In this document: one piece after another, positions 1 through 9,510 of the stretch | Layout: each line of letters begins with the position of its first letter | Numbering within the stretch: the first letter of the stretch is position 1 | DNA from: Candidatus Poribacteria bacterium | Lineage (GTDB): Bacteria > Poribacteria > WGA-4E > WGA-3G | DNA length: 64,000 nucleotides | NCBI GenBank assembly: GCA_964291315.2 | Contig: OZ219753.1 | Span: 2,304,001-2,368,000 of the forward strand | Direction of reading: 5' to 3' | Notes under the pieces: model-generated | The model's database searches: none | Seen by the model: the letters and a program-made list of their open reading frames with translations, nothing else | What the model was told of the DNA's origin: nothing | Made by a program: the position numbers and the translations under genes

Positions 1-1
1 C

Positions 2-199
2 TACGAAAGTGTCGAGCACTTCACCGAATGTCGTGGTCTCGTTTCGCTTGCGGGCGATGTAGCCGTCGAGGGCATCAAGGGTGAATATCCCTACAATTGT
101 GAAAATCAGAGCAATGTCAACAAGACGTGCCCAACCGAATGCAGCAATGACAATGAAGGTCAAAAGAAGGCGAGAAAATGTGATGATGTTCGCAACCAT
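2..199 (-). CDS. CDP-alcohol phosphatidyltransferase family protein (5' part; runs off the window edge)
   Basis: Not in the ORF track. Manual translation MVANIITFSRLLL...FTLDALDGYIARKRNETTTFGEVLDTFV contains the DxxDGxxAR-x7-GxxxD signature; AGGAG SD upstream. Confidence 0.9.
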   Translation of the reverse strand, partial: MVANIITFSRLLLTFIVIAAFGWARLVDIALIFTIVGIFTLDALDGYIARKRNETTTFGEVLDTFV

Positions 200-301
200 A
201 CCCACTTATTCTCCTTATCCTAGTGCGATGTACTTCATTTTCAGGAAGATCCGGTGAGAGAGCTGACATTAAACTTCTCGGAAAAACGATACTAAAAATG
301 A

Positions 302-2098
302 TCACCACTCTGAATGCGCAAATCCTCTACCATCGGACATCTGTTCAATTGCGGCAGTGCGCGCTTTAAAGTTGGGGTGTGTAGACAACATCTCGTTGAA
401 GGTATCCAAGTCTTCAGGAGCATCATTGAGTTGAATCAATTTCCGTAAGGCTTGCAGAAAGACAGCCGGCTCTCCCGTGAGATCTACCGCATACGCATCT
501 GCCTCAAACTCCATCCGATGCCAAAAACGCATCAGACTAAACTGCACAAAGAAAACCATCACACCTGAATGAACGCCCATCAACAGGAGCCAATACAGCC
601 ACTGCGGGATACCCGGGAAAAAATCCAAGAAAAATATATTCAGACGCGCCAATAACAAGTGCCCACCAAAACCGAGGACAATATAGGCAACTTGCTTGAG
701 CAGATGCCGATGTTTCACATGCCCTAACTCATGCGCGAAAATCGCCGCTATCTCATCTGAACGCAGATGATCCAGCAGATAGTCCGTCACAAATACCGAA
801 CGCCACTGCGGGACGATACCCGCAACCCAGGCATTCGCCAACTTGTGGCTCCTGGTTTGTAGTATCGCGATATTTCGGTAATCTATCTCTGCTTCTTCCG
901 CAAGTTGGTGCAGACGGTTGCTGAGGCTGCTATCTTCTAAAGGTTTCCCCTTCCAAATCCAACTCATGACAAAAGGCATCACACACGCAAAGAGGACTGT
1001 TAATATCGCATATTCTGCAAGCAGCAGCCACAGAAAGAACTGAGACGATAGATGTGGAAAGACTGTCCGGGTGGCTAAAAAACAGATTGGGAGCAAGAGA
1101 GCCGGGGTGCCCAGGAGAATCATCCGCAGATTTGTGAGGAAGTTCTCACGAAACGTCCAAGTGGTCTGACGCATATTTTTCTCGTGCTTGTGTAATAAAA
1201 ACACAAAAATTATGAAGGATAGAATCGAGCCTGGGCAGACACCAAGTATGAAGCCCAAGATCCTACTGTGTGTTAGCATAGCCATCACATCGGCGCAACC
1301 TATAGCAGTTAGCAACCATGGTATAATAAGGAATTGTTTATTGATTATGGTGGTTTTGACAAAAGACAACCGAATTTTACCTTTTTTATTGAGAGATACG
1401 CCCTGTCTAAGAAATAGATACAAGGTGGCGTTCGGTAGAAATACCTGAAGAATCAACAGTGGCACTGCCTTTAAGAACCACGTATTGGAAAATGAGATAG
1501 AGGCTCTAAGCACTGGAAGACTTTGGAATTCGGGTGTGTGTGTAGTGTGAAACGTATAGCGAATTTGGTAATTGTACATACCTATCCCCGTTTTTTGGAA
1601 CTGAAACTGGTCTTGCCAGTTCTGCTCTGGCAGCCCATCGGCGTTTAGATCTGTATCAGGGGTGTAGAAATTTCCTTGATAGCGGAGCCCGTTGTGTGCT
1701 TCGATGTTAATAATAACGGTCTTAAAATCAGAGAATTGTGTGCGAATGGCTTCAAAGTTGAGTGTAAGCGTAGTGTTAAGCCGTTCCTTTTCTGAAATGT
1801 TTCCACATTGTCGGCCGACTTTATCGCCTTCTTGATAGACAATTTCAAAGCAGTGTTCGGGGCAGTCCCAGCTGTGTGCGTGTGCTAGTTTTTGGAAGGC
1901 ATCTCGGATCTTCTGTGTGGAGACCGATGTAGGATATTTTATCTCGATCACATCTTCAGTTTTCCAGCTCTGAACCTTGAATGTCAAAAGAAGCGGTTGC
2001 TCTGTAGGAGGTGATTCCTGACCAACCGTGCTACTGCTGAGAAAAATAAAGAAAGCTAATATGAGGATTGGTATTTTTTTCCGGTGGCGATGTTGCAT
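302..2098 (-). CDS. M48 family (Ste24/HtpX-like) membrane zinc metalloprotease with an N-terminal exported domain
   Basis: HELGH zinc motif, ANAW motif, EFEAD third ligand, STHP motif, multiple TM segments, signal peptide. Confidence 0.85.
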   Translation of the reverse strand: MQHRHRKKIPILILAFFIFLSSSTVGQESPPTEQPLLLTFKVQSWKTEDVIEIKYPTSVSTQKIRDAFQKLAHAHSWDCPEHCFEIVYQEGDKVGRQCGNISEKERLNTTLTLNFEAIRTQFSDFKTVIINIEAHNGLRYQGNFYTPDTDLNADGLPEQNWQDQFQFQKTGIGMYNYQIRYTFHTTHTPEFQSLPVLRASISFSNTWFLKAVPLLILQVFLPNATLYLFLRQGVSLNKKGKIRLSFVKTTIINKQFLIIPWLLTAIGCADVMAMLTHSRILGFILGVCPGSILSFIIFVFLLHKHEKNMRQTTWTFRENFLTNLRMILLGTPALLLPICFLATRTVFPHLSSQFFLWLLLAEYAILTVLFACVMPFVMSWIWKGKPLEDSSLSNRLHQLAEEAEIDYRNIAILQTRSHKLANAWVAGIVPQWRSVFVTDYLLDHLRSDEIAAIFAHELGHVKHRHLLKQVAYIVLGFGGHLLLARLNIFFLDFFPGIPQWLYWLLLMGVHSGVMVFFVQFSLMRFWHRMEFEADAYAVDLTGEPAVFLQALRKLIQLNDAPEDLDTFNEMLSTHPNFKARTAAIEQMSDGRGFAHSEW

Positions 2099-2638
2099 CT
2101 TTGTAATTAACTGACATTTCTCAGAATAATGTTTCCGCCAAACTAGGTGTTGATTGAGCGGGAGTGGTCTCCTGAAAATGCGATCTGTCTACAAAATAGG
2201 GTTTGATTTTTAGGGCATGATATAGGATTCTAAGATCTATATCGACTTCTTAGGAGACTACCTCATGTGCGGACATGTTATCAGATATTGGAGGTTTTTT
2301 CGATCGATCTTTCCCGATATGATGCCCGTTCTCTGTGAGAACTTGCTTTCCCCCGGAGTGAGTCTCGGCATCGAGATTTTAGGGATGCCCCTACACAGGT
2401 AGTGACTATATCTAAAGACCTTCAGGAATGTTTCTGGCAGCAAGGCATCCACTTGGTTTACACAGTCCGGGGAAACAAGGCATCGATCTTCGGAGAATAC
2501 ACTCTTGCAGAATGGCTCTGAACTTCATCAGACTAACGAGGGACAAAGTAGCCGTAAACCCTAAACTTTTTTCAAGCTCACTTATTCTATTAACGGCTAA
2601 AAGCGGAGCCTGTGAGCGGTAATCCCGACAGCCAGTTA

Positions 2639-3433
2639 TCACACTTGTTTCAACGGGGGTAAATTATCCCAATCACATTCCAAGCAGAAATAACCGTCTC
2701 TACCGAGACGACGTACTCGACCATCACATTGTGGGCAGTTCGCCAGCCCAGGTACACCTGCCTCCTCGCTTGGCGCTGGAAACATGAGCAGCTGTTCTAG
2801 GGGCAAAGTTTGCTCACTCTCCCTTGCGAGTTCGAGTTGCACATTTTCCATTATATCGCGGGTATCCAATTTAAAGGGTGACGGGGCATTCCGAGTGAGA
2901 TTGATGAAATCACTCCGGTAAACCCGAATTGTATTATCTTCTCGGACCTGCCGTATAAAAAGTGTATATTTGTCCGGGGCAACCAAATAAGCGGCAGTGT
3001 CTAGAACGTGTCTACGGGGTTTGATCACTATTTCGTAACCGCGGTAGTTTAGGGTGGAATGGCTGGACTCATGTTGCATCTGAGAGATTTCAGAAAGTTC
3101 GTGAGAACGGGAAGGTGAGAGAATCAAGGCATATCGGCGACACGGATGTTGTGCAAGCTGCTCAAACGGCAGAAAGCTTTGCGGTTCTGCGCTATCTTGA
3201 AGGAACGTAACAAAGGTTGTATAAGCGCTTTCGGTGGCTTCTTGCAAGATTAGCTGGCTCAACCTTTGGCGGCGTGGTGGATATGCCATATCGATAGGTG
3301 CAAACTCCCGCGAGTACAATTCGAGTTGAACCTCAACATCAAGCTCCTGATTTTCAGCACTAATGCGCTGTAGGCGTTCCACCGGTCTGTCCGCATTCTT
3401 CAGAACAAAAGGTAACATAAGCAACCTGCTCAA
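2639..3433 (-). CDS. Hypothetical protein with a C-terminal zinc ribbon
   Basis: 264-aa ORF with AGGAG SD; CPQC...CLEC near the C-terminus. Confidence 0.65.
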   Translation of the reverse strand: MSRLLMLPFVLKNADRPVERLQRISAENQELDVEVQLELYSREFAPIDMAYPPRRQRLSQLILQEATESAYTTFVTFLQDSAEPQSFLPFEQLAQHPCRRYALILSPSRSHELSEISQMQHESSHSTLNYRGYEIVIKPRRHVLDTAAYLVAPDKYTLFIRQVREDNTIRVYRSDFINLTRNAPSPFKLDTRDIMENVQLELARESEQTLPLEQLLMFPAPSEEAGVPGLANCPQCDGRVRRLGRDGYFCLECDWDNLPPLKQV

Positions 3434-3530
3434 ACTCCTTTAATTAGTTTACGGTTGACTGTAATAAGTTTAGCACACATTCCGACTTTTGTCCAATCAA
3501 TTGTGGCGGATGCGCCTTTAACGATTTAAG

Positions 3531-3559
3531 TTGTATCTTTTTCAGCAGTATGCTATACT
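3531..3559 (+). promoter_or_regulatory. sigma70-type promoter of the yebC-ruv operon
   Basis: TTGTAT-N17-TATACT with an extended -10 TG. Confidence 0.55.
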
Positions 3560-3593
3560 AATTTAATCATAATTATTAGAAAGGATATAAACC

Positions 3594-4340
3594 ATGTCAG
3601 GACATTCTAAATGGTCTACAATCAAACACAAAAAAGCAGCGAACGACTCCCGGCGCGGTAAACTTTTTTCCAAGTTAATTAAGGAAATTACAGCATCGGC
3701 GCGTATCGGTGGCGGCGATGTGGATATGAATCCACGGCTCCGCACAGCAATTGCAGCTGCACGATCAGGTAACGTTCCAAACGATAATATTGAGAAGGCG
3801 ATTCTTCGTGGCACGGGTGAGCTCGAAGGAACTACCTACGAAGAAATTACCTATGAGGGTTATGGACCCGGGGGTGTCGCCCTGATGATAGAGGTGCTCA
3901 CCGACAATCGCAACCGCGCAGTCGCGGCGATTCGACACGCCCTCACCAAGCACGAAGGCAGAATTGGGGAACGTGGGTGCGTCGCTTGGGGTTTTGACAA
4001 ACGTGGCCTGATTGTCGTAGCACCGGATAGTATTGACGAAGAAGAACTTTTCATGATTGCGGCTGAAGCCGGGGCAGAAGATGTCACGCCTTCAGAAGTC
4101 GGCATTGAAATTCTTACACCATTTGAGATGTTCGATAGCGTCTTAACCGCAGTTCAGGGAACATCTGCGAATATTCAACGCGCTGAGACTAGCATGATTC
4201 CGCAAAACACGGTGAAACTTGAAGGAAAAGAAGCTGAACGGATGCTACGGCTCATGGACACCCTCGATGATCTCGATGATGTCCAAAAAGTCTATGCCAA
4301 CTTCGATATTCCCGATAGTCTGCTAGAAGCAGCAGCGTAG
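3594..4340 (+). CDS. yebC: YebC/PmpR family protein
   Basis: [15 protein letters not shown]-terminus, [23 protein letters not shown]. Confidence 0.97.
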   Translation: MSGHSKWSTIKHKKAANDSRRGKLFSKLIKEITASARIGGGDVDMNPRLRTAIAAARSGNVPNDNIEKAILRGTGELEGTTYEEITYEGYGPGGVALMIEVLTDNRNRAVAAIRHALTKHEGRIGERGCVAWGFDKRGLIVVAPDSIDEEELFMIAAEAGAEDVTPSEVGIEILTPFEMFDSVLTAVQGTSANIQRAETSMIPQNTVKLEGKEAERMLRLMDTLDDLDDVQKVYANFDIPDSLLEAAA

Positions 4341-4489
4341 CGACAAAACAGGGGCAATATTACCGCAAGTAGGTATATTGATGGTGCTATCTCGTCTTGA
4401 TCATGGAGTAGAGGTGTTGGTGCAATGCCGTACTTGTTTTCACAAACAGTTCAACTCAGTGGTAAATATCGACAGTAAGGGCCGTGAGG

Positions 4490-5086
4490 ATGATTTCTTA
4501 CATTAAAGGGGTTCTCGTTCACAAAGATGCAAAACAGGTTACTGTAGATGTAAACGGCATCGGATATGCTGTCGATGTTCCACCGAGATCCTTAACGGAC
4601 CTGCCACCTATAGGGGATACCGTTACCTTCTATACATATTATCACCAAACCCGTGATAATAAGATTACGCTTTACGGATTCATTTCAAGGGACGCGCTCA
4701 AAACTTTTGAGTTGGCGCTGACTGTCACAGGTGTAGGCCCAACACTCGCGCAAAACATCGTTTCAAAATTATCACCTGCACAATTCCAACGCGCTATCCA
4801 CTGTGAAGATATTGCTGTGCTAACGCGAGTTCCACGTTTAGGTAGAGAACTTGCACAAGTGATGATCTCCAAGCTAAAAAAGAATATCGCGAAAATGGAA
4901 TTGGAAGGTGCAGCTGCCCTCGAAAACACTGTGTCTCTAAATGTAGGGGTAATCGAAATACTTATCAACCTTGGTGCCACAGAACTCCAAGCGGAAAAAG
5001 CCGTTGAAAAAGCACAAAAAATTCTGGGAGGCTCTGCAAAACGGGAAGATATAGTGCAACATGCCCTTCGCTACGTCCAAAACTAA
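4490..5086 (+). CDS. ruvA: Holliday junction branch migration protein RuvA
   Basis: MISYIKG, VNGIGY, LYGF, HhH motif VTGVGP; directly upstream of ruvB. Confidence 0.93.
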   Translation: MISYIKGVLVHKDAKQVTVDVNGIGYAVDVPPRSLTDLPPIGDTVTFYTYYHQTRDNKITLYGFISRDALKTFELALTVTGVGPTLAQNIVSKLSPAQFQRAIHCEDIAVLTRVPRLGRELAQVMISKLKKNIAKMELEGAAALENTVSLNVGVIEILINLGATELQAEKAVEKAQKILGGSAKREDIVQHALRYVQN

Positions 5087-5178
5087 GCGCATGTAAGTAT
5101 GTGAATTAAGGCAAACGCTGCCCAAAATCAAAAGATATCGCGAAACGAAACATTATTAAATTTCCGGTAAGACACAAA

Positions 5179-6192
5179 ATGAACAATCACGAAACTCGGA
5201 TGCAAGACTTAGCCATCGAAGACGACGACTTTGGATACAGCCTCCGCCCGGAAACGTTAAATGAATTTATCGGGCAAGAACGAGCCAAGGAACAGCTGAG
5301 TATCCACATTGAAGCCGCTAAGAAACGAGGCGACGCGTTAGAGCACGTTCTTCTCGTCAGTCCGCCGGGGCTCGGAAAGACCACGCTTGCAAAGATTATC
5401 GCTAACGAGATGCAGAGCGGCTTTAAACAAACGATCGGTACTATTATAGAACGCCTCGATCTTGCTTCGACCTTGACAAATCTCGATAAGAGTGATGTCT
5501 TGTTTATTGATGAAATTCATCGAATGAAAGGGTACGTGCAAGAATCTCTCTACCCCGCAATGGAAGATTACCGCCTCGATTTAGCGATTGGACAGGGACC
5601 GGCATCGGATGTCGTACAACTCTCTCTTAAACCTTTTACACTCGTTGGTGCCACGACACGTGAAGGCTTGCTTGCGGGACCTTTCCGAGATCGTTTTGGC
5701 ATTCGCATACACCTCGATTACTATGAAGCAGAAGAGATCCAACAGGCCATTCGCATCAATAGTGGGAAATTGGACATTAACATTGACGAAAACGCAGAGT
5801 ATACATTAGCTCGCCGTTCGCGTGGCACAATGCGAATTGCCAACAAACTGCTCGCTAACGTCAGGGATTATGCCCAGGTCAAAGGTAACGGTGCACTCTC
5901 ACATGAGATTGCAAAAGAGGCATTGGAATTCTTTGGCATTGATGAACGCGGATTAGATGCACAAGACTATGCCTATTTTCAAACACTCATTGAGAAATTC
6001 AGTGGACGCGCTGGTCTTAAAGCCCTCGCCGTGGCACTGAGTGAAGATGAACGCACAGTCTCAGAGGTTTACGAACCGTATTATATCAAAGAGGGTTTTT
6101 TGATGCTCACACCGGGCGGGCGTATCGCCACCGATGCCGCTTATGAATACTTCAACTATCCTGTTAACTCCCAAGCATCACTATTTCAGTAG
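5179..6192 (+). CDS. ruvB: Holliday junction branch migration helicase RuvB
   Basis: LRPETLNEFIGQ, PPGLGKTT, FIDEIHR, LYPAMED, GATTR, RDRFG. Confidence 0.97.
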   Translation: MNNHETRMQDLAIEDDDFGYSLRPETLNEFIGQERAKEQLSIHIEAAKKRGDALEHVLLVSPPGLGKTTLAKIIANEMQSGFKQTIGTIIERLDLASTLTNLDKSDVLFIDEIHRMKGYVQESLYPAMEDYRLDLAIGQGPASDVVQLSLKPFTLVGATTREGLLAGPFRDRFGIRIHLDYYEAEEIQQAIRINSGKLDINIDENAEYTLARRSRGTMRIANKLLANVRDYAQVKGNGALSHEIAKEALEFFGIDERGLDAQDYAYFQTLIEKFSGRAGLKALAVALSEDERTVSEVYEPYYIKEGFLMLTPGGRIATDAAYEYFNYPVNSQASLFQ

Positions 6193-6224
6193 TTGTCAAT
6201 CGTATTTTGTCGTATCCGACTGTT

Positions 6225-7253
6225 ATGAAACTCACAGACTTTGATTATCACCTGCCTTCTGGCCGGATCGCGCAAAGCCCGCTTGAACAACGTGATGCCT
6301 CACGGCTCTTGGTGGTTGATCGCAGCACCCACGCATTTCACCATACGCGTTTTTCACAGATTGGCGAATACTTGCCGGACGCTGCGCGTTTGGTGCTAAA
6401 CGACACAAAGGTTATACCAGCACGGTTAATTGGAAATAAACGTGGCACCGGAGGAAAGATAGAACTCCTGCTTATCCGTGAAACAGAAACTGACACTTGG
6501 GAGATAGTGGCAAAACCGCGGAGGAGTCTCCGGATAGGTACACAGATTGTATTCGGAAACGGTGCATTAACAGCAGAAGTCCTCACAAAACCAGAGGACA
6601 GCAATTGCACTGTTCGTTTCAACTACAGTGGAACGTTTTCAGCTGTCCTTGCGGATGTCGGTAAGATACCGCTCCCCCCTTATATCCGCCGTCCACCGAA
6701 CGCTGAAGACAAAGTACGCTACCAAACAGTTTACGCTGCTACTGAAGGTGCAATTGCTGCACCAACAGCAGGGCTACACTTTACACAAGAATTGTTAGCG
6801 AAATTGGAAAATAAACGGATAGAAACCGCTACGTTAACACTACACGTTGGCCCTGGAACATTCCAACCTGTGAAAGTCGAAGATATTCAGAACCACAAAA
6901 TGTCTGCTGAATACATCCACCTGACTGAAACTGAAGCGCGCTGTATCCGTTCCGCCCGGGAGGCAGGCGTGAAAATTGTCGCTATCGGGACGACCGTGGT
7001 ACGAGCTCTAGAAAGTGCAGCTGCAACCGGTACCGTTCATCCCTACAGCGGTTACAGTGAACTTTTTATCTATCCCGGTCACCGGTTTAATGTCGTAGAT
7101 GCTTTGGTTACTAACTTCCATCTACCCAAATCAACCTTACTCATGCTTGTGAGTGCCTTCGCTGGGAAAGATTTAATTCGGAAAGCGTATCAAGAGGCAC
7201 TCCAACACAATTATCGTTTCTACAGTTATGGAGATGCCATGCTGATTCTTTGA
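6225..7253 (+). CDS. queA: S-adenosylmethionine:tRNA ribosyltransferase-isomerase
   Basis: DFDYHLP, IAQ, NDTKVIPARL, PLPPYI, AAPTAGLHFT, TNFHLPKSTL, YRFYSYGDAM. Confidence 0.97.
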   Translation: MKLTDFDYHLPSGRIAQSPLEQRDASRLLVVDRSTHAFHHTRFSQIGEYLPDAARLVLNDTKVIPARLIGNKRGTGGKIELLLIRETETDTWEIVAKPRRSLRIGTQIVFGNGALTAEVLTKPEDSNCTVRFNYSGTFSAVLADVGKIPLPPYIRRPPNAEDKVRYQTVYAATEGAIAAPTAGLHFTQELLAKLENKRIETATLTLHVGPGTFQPVKVEDIQNHKMSAEYIHLTETEARCIRSAREAGVKIVAIGTTVVRALESAAATGTVHPYSGYSELFIYPGHRFNVVDALVTNFHLPKSTLLMLVSAFAGKDLIRKAYQEALQHNYRFYSYGDAMLIL

Positions 7254-7306
7254 TCTCAACGGCAAGATTTGACTTCAAGCTGTGGCAAAATAGAAGGAGA
7301 CACGCT

Positions 7307-7609
7307 ATGGACCAAATAATAGGTCTGCTTGTTCCGTTTATCGCTATGGGGGCGATCATGTATTTCCTATTATGGCGGCCGGAACAAGCCAAACGAAAAA
7401 AACATCAGAATATGCTGGAGAATCTATCTAAGGGCGACGAAATTGTAACCAACGGCGGATTGCACGGCAAAATTCTCGGTATTAGTAACGATAAGAATAC
7501 TATTCTCATCACTGTCGGAGAAGTGAACAACCAAGAAGTAAAAGTTCAAATCTCACGAAGTGCTGTCGCCTTTCTCAAAAAGGGCGGTGAACTCATCGAA
7601 GGTGAATAA
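7307..7609 (+). CDS. yajC: Preprotein translocase subunit YajC
   Basis: N-terminal TM segment, YFLLWRPE, KGDEIVTNGGLHGKI; AAGGAG SD before ATG 7307. Confidence 0.93.
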   Translation: MDQIIGLLVPFIAMGAIMYFLLWRPEQAKRKKHQNMLENLSKGDEIVTNGGLHGKILGISNDKNTILITVGEVNNQEVKVQISRSAVAFLKKGGELIEGE

Positions 7610-7622
7610 AATCGATCCAGTT

Positions 7623-8327
7623 TCACTGATATAACGGACTGGGAGCGCTTGATGAGTGGGGTTGTATCCATAACTGGTAGCCAACCCCCTTAGACTTTAC
7701 GGACACGATGTGATCTTGTTCTGCAAGCATTAGAACATCGTTGTTGGACAACCGCACGCGTGCCGTTTTTTTCTCATCTACTGTGCACGTGATGTCGCAA
7801 ACAGCAGGCTCCATGGTATGAAGGCCCCTATAGAGGCAGATCGCCTCTCCTTGCGCGGGCATCGCGCACATGTCCGTCGCATTGATATTCAGCTCACTAG
7901 ACCAGGCATTTTCCCAAATTCTGGGGTGTATTTCGGAATCGGCTGCTGCCTCTCCTGCCCCCAGAATCACAGCAGCAGATCCGGTATGTGATTCCACTTT
8001 GCACATTGCGACCTCAACACCGGCTTCCGCTGTGAGCATCTCATAAGTTGTGTGATGCGGGATATACGCCACGCATGCCTCACCTTCAAAAACACTTGGC
8101 CGTTCCCCCAAAACACCGTACGCTTTGTTTCCATTATGTCCGACTAACAAGGTGCAGTGTCCACTCAATGCGATCAGTGCAACTTCGGTATCGTTAGAAT
8201 GATCAAAGAAAGTAGCCTGTGAAGTTAAGGTGAGAATTCCGAAATGGAGTTTAGTGATACCCAGTTCGCCTGGCTTCACAATTTCGGTGTACCCCGCGGT
8301 GGGGATGTAGCTCTTACATGCTGACAT
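7623..8327 (-). CDS. IolB/KduI-like cupin protein (divergent)
   Basis: N-terminal half resembles 5-deoxy-glucuronate isomerase (EVALIALSG, GERPSVFEG, AYIP); the C-terminal half is divergent. Start uncertain. Confidence 0.55.
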   Translation of the reverse strand: MSACKSYIPTAGYTEIVKPGELGITKLHFGILTLTSQATFFDHSNDTEVALIALSGHCTLLVGHNGNKAYGVLGERPSVFEGEACVAYIPHHTTYEMLTAEAGVEVAMCKVESHTGSAAVILGAGEAAADSEIHPRIWENAWSSELNINATDMCAMPAQGEAICLYRGLHTMEPAVCDITCTVDEKKTARVRLSNNDVLMLAEQDHIVSVKSKGVGYQLWIQPHSSSAPSPLYQ

Positions 8328-8928
8328 GGGCTTGAAAATTGGACAAGTGTTCAACAAGGCTCGCTAAAGGCAGCCCCACGACATTGAAATAGCAACCCTC
8401 AATGCGTTTAACGAAAGCAGCACCTCGCCCTTGAATGCCATAGGCACCTGCCTTATCTGCTGCTTCGCCAGTAGCGATATAGTTAGCAATTTCGGCAGGA
8501 TATAGTTTCCGAAAATAAACTTGTGTTGTTTCCGACCAAGCAACCCTCCGTTCCGTTAAAGCATCAATCAGCACAACACCTGTTACCACCTCATGAGAAG
8601 CACCGCTGAGCTGCGTGAGCATTTTCATAGCATCTGCATCATCAGCAGGCTTACCGAGGAGCTGCCCATCTAAGGAAACCAAGGTGTCCGCGCCAATAAT
8701 GACACCTTCTGCACAATGTTGTGCGACAGTCTGCGCCTTGAACAAGGCAAGCTCTTGCGTTATCACATCTCCTTTTTGCTCTGGATAGATGCAGAGCGGA
8801 GGCTCAGGGACATCGCTCGGGCGGGTCTCAAAGGCCAACCCAATTTGTGATAACAACGCTGCACGCTGCGGCGATGCAGACGCTAACACTAGAGGTAAAG
8901 TCTTCAAAGTCGATTCGCGCGCTTGCAT
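8314..8928 (-). CDS. maf: Maf family nucleoside triphosphate pyrophosphatase (YhdE-like)
   Basis: LVLASASP, GADT, LGKP, DKAGAYGIQG, NVVGLP. Confidence 0.95.
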   Translation of the reverse strand: MQARESTLKTLPLVLASASPQRAALLSQIGLAFETRPSDVPEPPLCIYPEQKGDVITQELALFKAQTVAQHCAEGVIIGADTLVSLDGQLLGKPADDADAMKMLTQLSGASHEVVTGVVLIDALTERRVAWSETTQVYFRKLYPAEIANYIATGEAADKAGAYGIQGRGAAFVKRIEGCYFNVVGLPLASLVEHLSNFQAHVSM

Positions 8929-8929
8929 C

Positions 8930-9205
8930 CTATTTCAGGCAATACCAACATGTGTTTTCTTTTTCGCGAATTTGCAACAAATCCACTCGTTTCAATTCTT
9001 CGATGCCAGTCTGAATCTCTATATTAGAAAACCCAATTTTCTTCAGAAACGGATCGCGTTCTGGTATAGAAAACCACCCCGGTTCCTTAGAAGAACGATA
9101 TTTCTTCTTGAAAACTTCTAGTGCATTGTACAGCCGCAGAGTCTTACCGGGCAAACCAACAAGCGGATTAACTTCAATGAAAGATTGAAGGGATTCATTA
9201 AGCAT
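8930..9205 (-). CDS. Small hypothetical protein (possible winged helix)
   Basis: 91-aa ORF ending 1 nt before the maf start, consistent with an operon. Confidence 0.65.
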   Translation of the reverse strand: MLNESLQSFIEVNPLVGLPGKTLRLYNALEVFKKKYRSSKEPGWFSIPERDPFLKKIGFSNIEIQTGIEELKRVDLLQIREKENTCWYCLK

Positions 9206-9450
9206 TACTTCAGTCCATAAATAGCTAATATTATTTCCTAATTTTAAAAATAAAACGTTTCTATTTGAAATAAGTTACAAAAAAGTTTTTTATGAATATC
9301 CGCATCTCCAGCAGTATGAAGAACGGTTAGATACCGGGGCAGGATTCCAACTTTAGTGAAAAAGAAAAACGGAATTTGGTGCACATAGGTTTGCTGTAGG
9401 AGGCATCCGCCAGAAGCTCTCAATAATTCGACATCTTTAACACACTGCAT

Positions 9451-9479
9451 TTGACAATGATTTGACCTTCTGTTAAACT
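9451..9479 (+). promoter_or_regulatory. sigma70-type promoter
   Basis: TTGACA-N17-TAAACT about 30 nt upstream of 9511. Confidence 0.6.
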
Positions 9480-9510
9480 CTACTCAACTCTTAATATAGG
9501 AAGGTCAATA

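Noticed and set aside
2099-2638. 540-bp gap with short ORFs on both strands
   Set aside because: No convincing SD, motif, repeat or RNA structure was found by eye; left unannotated.
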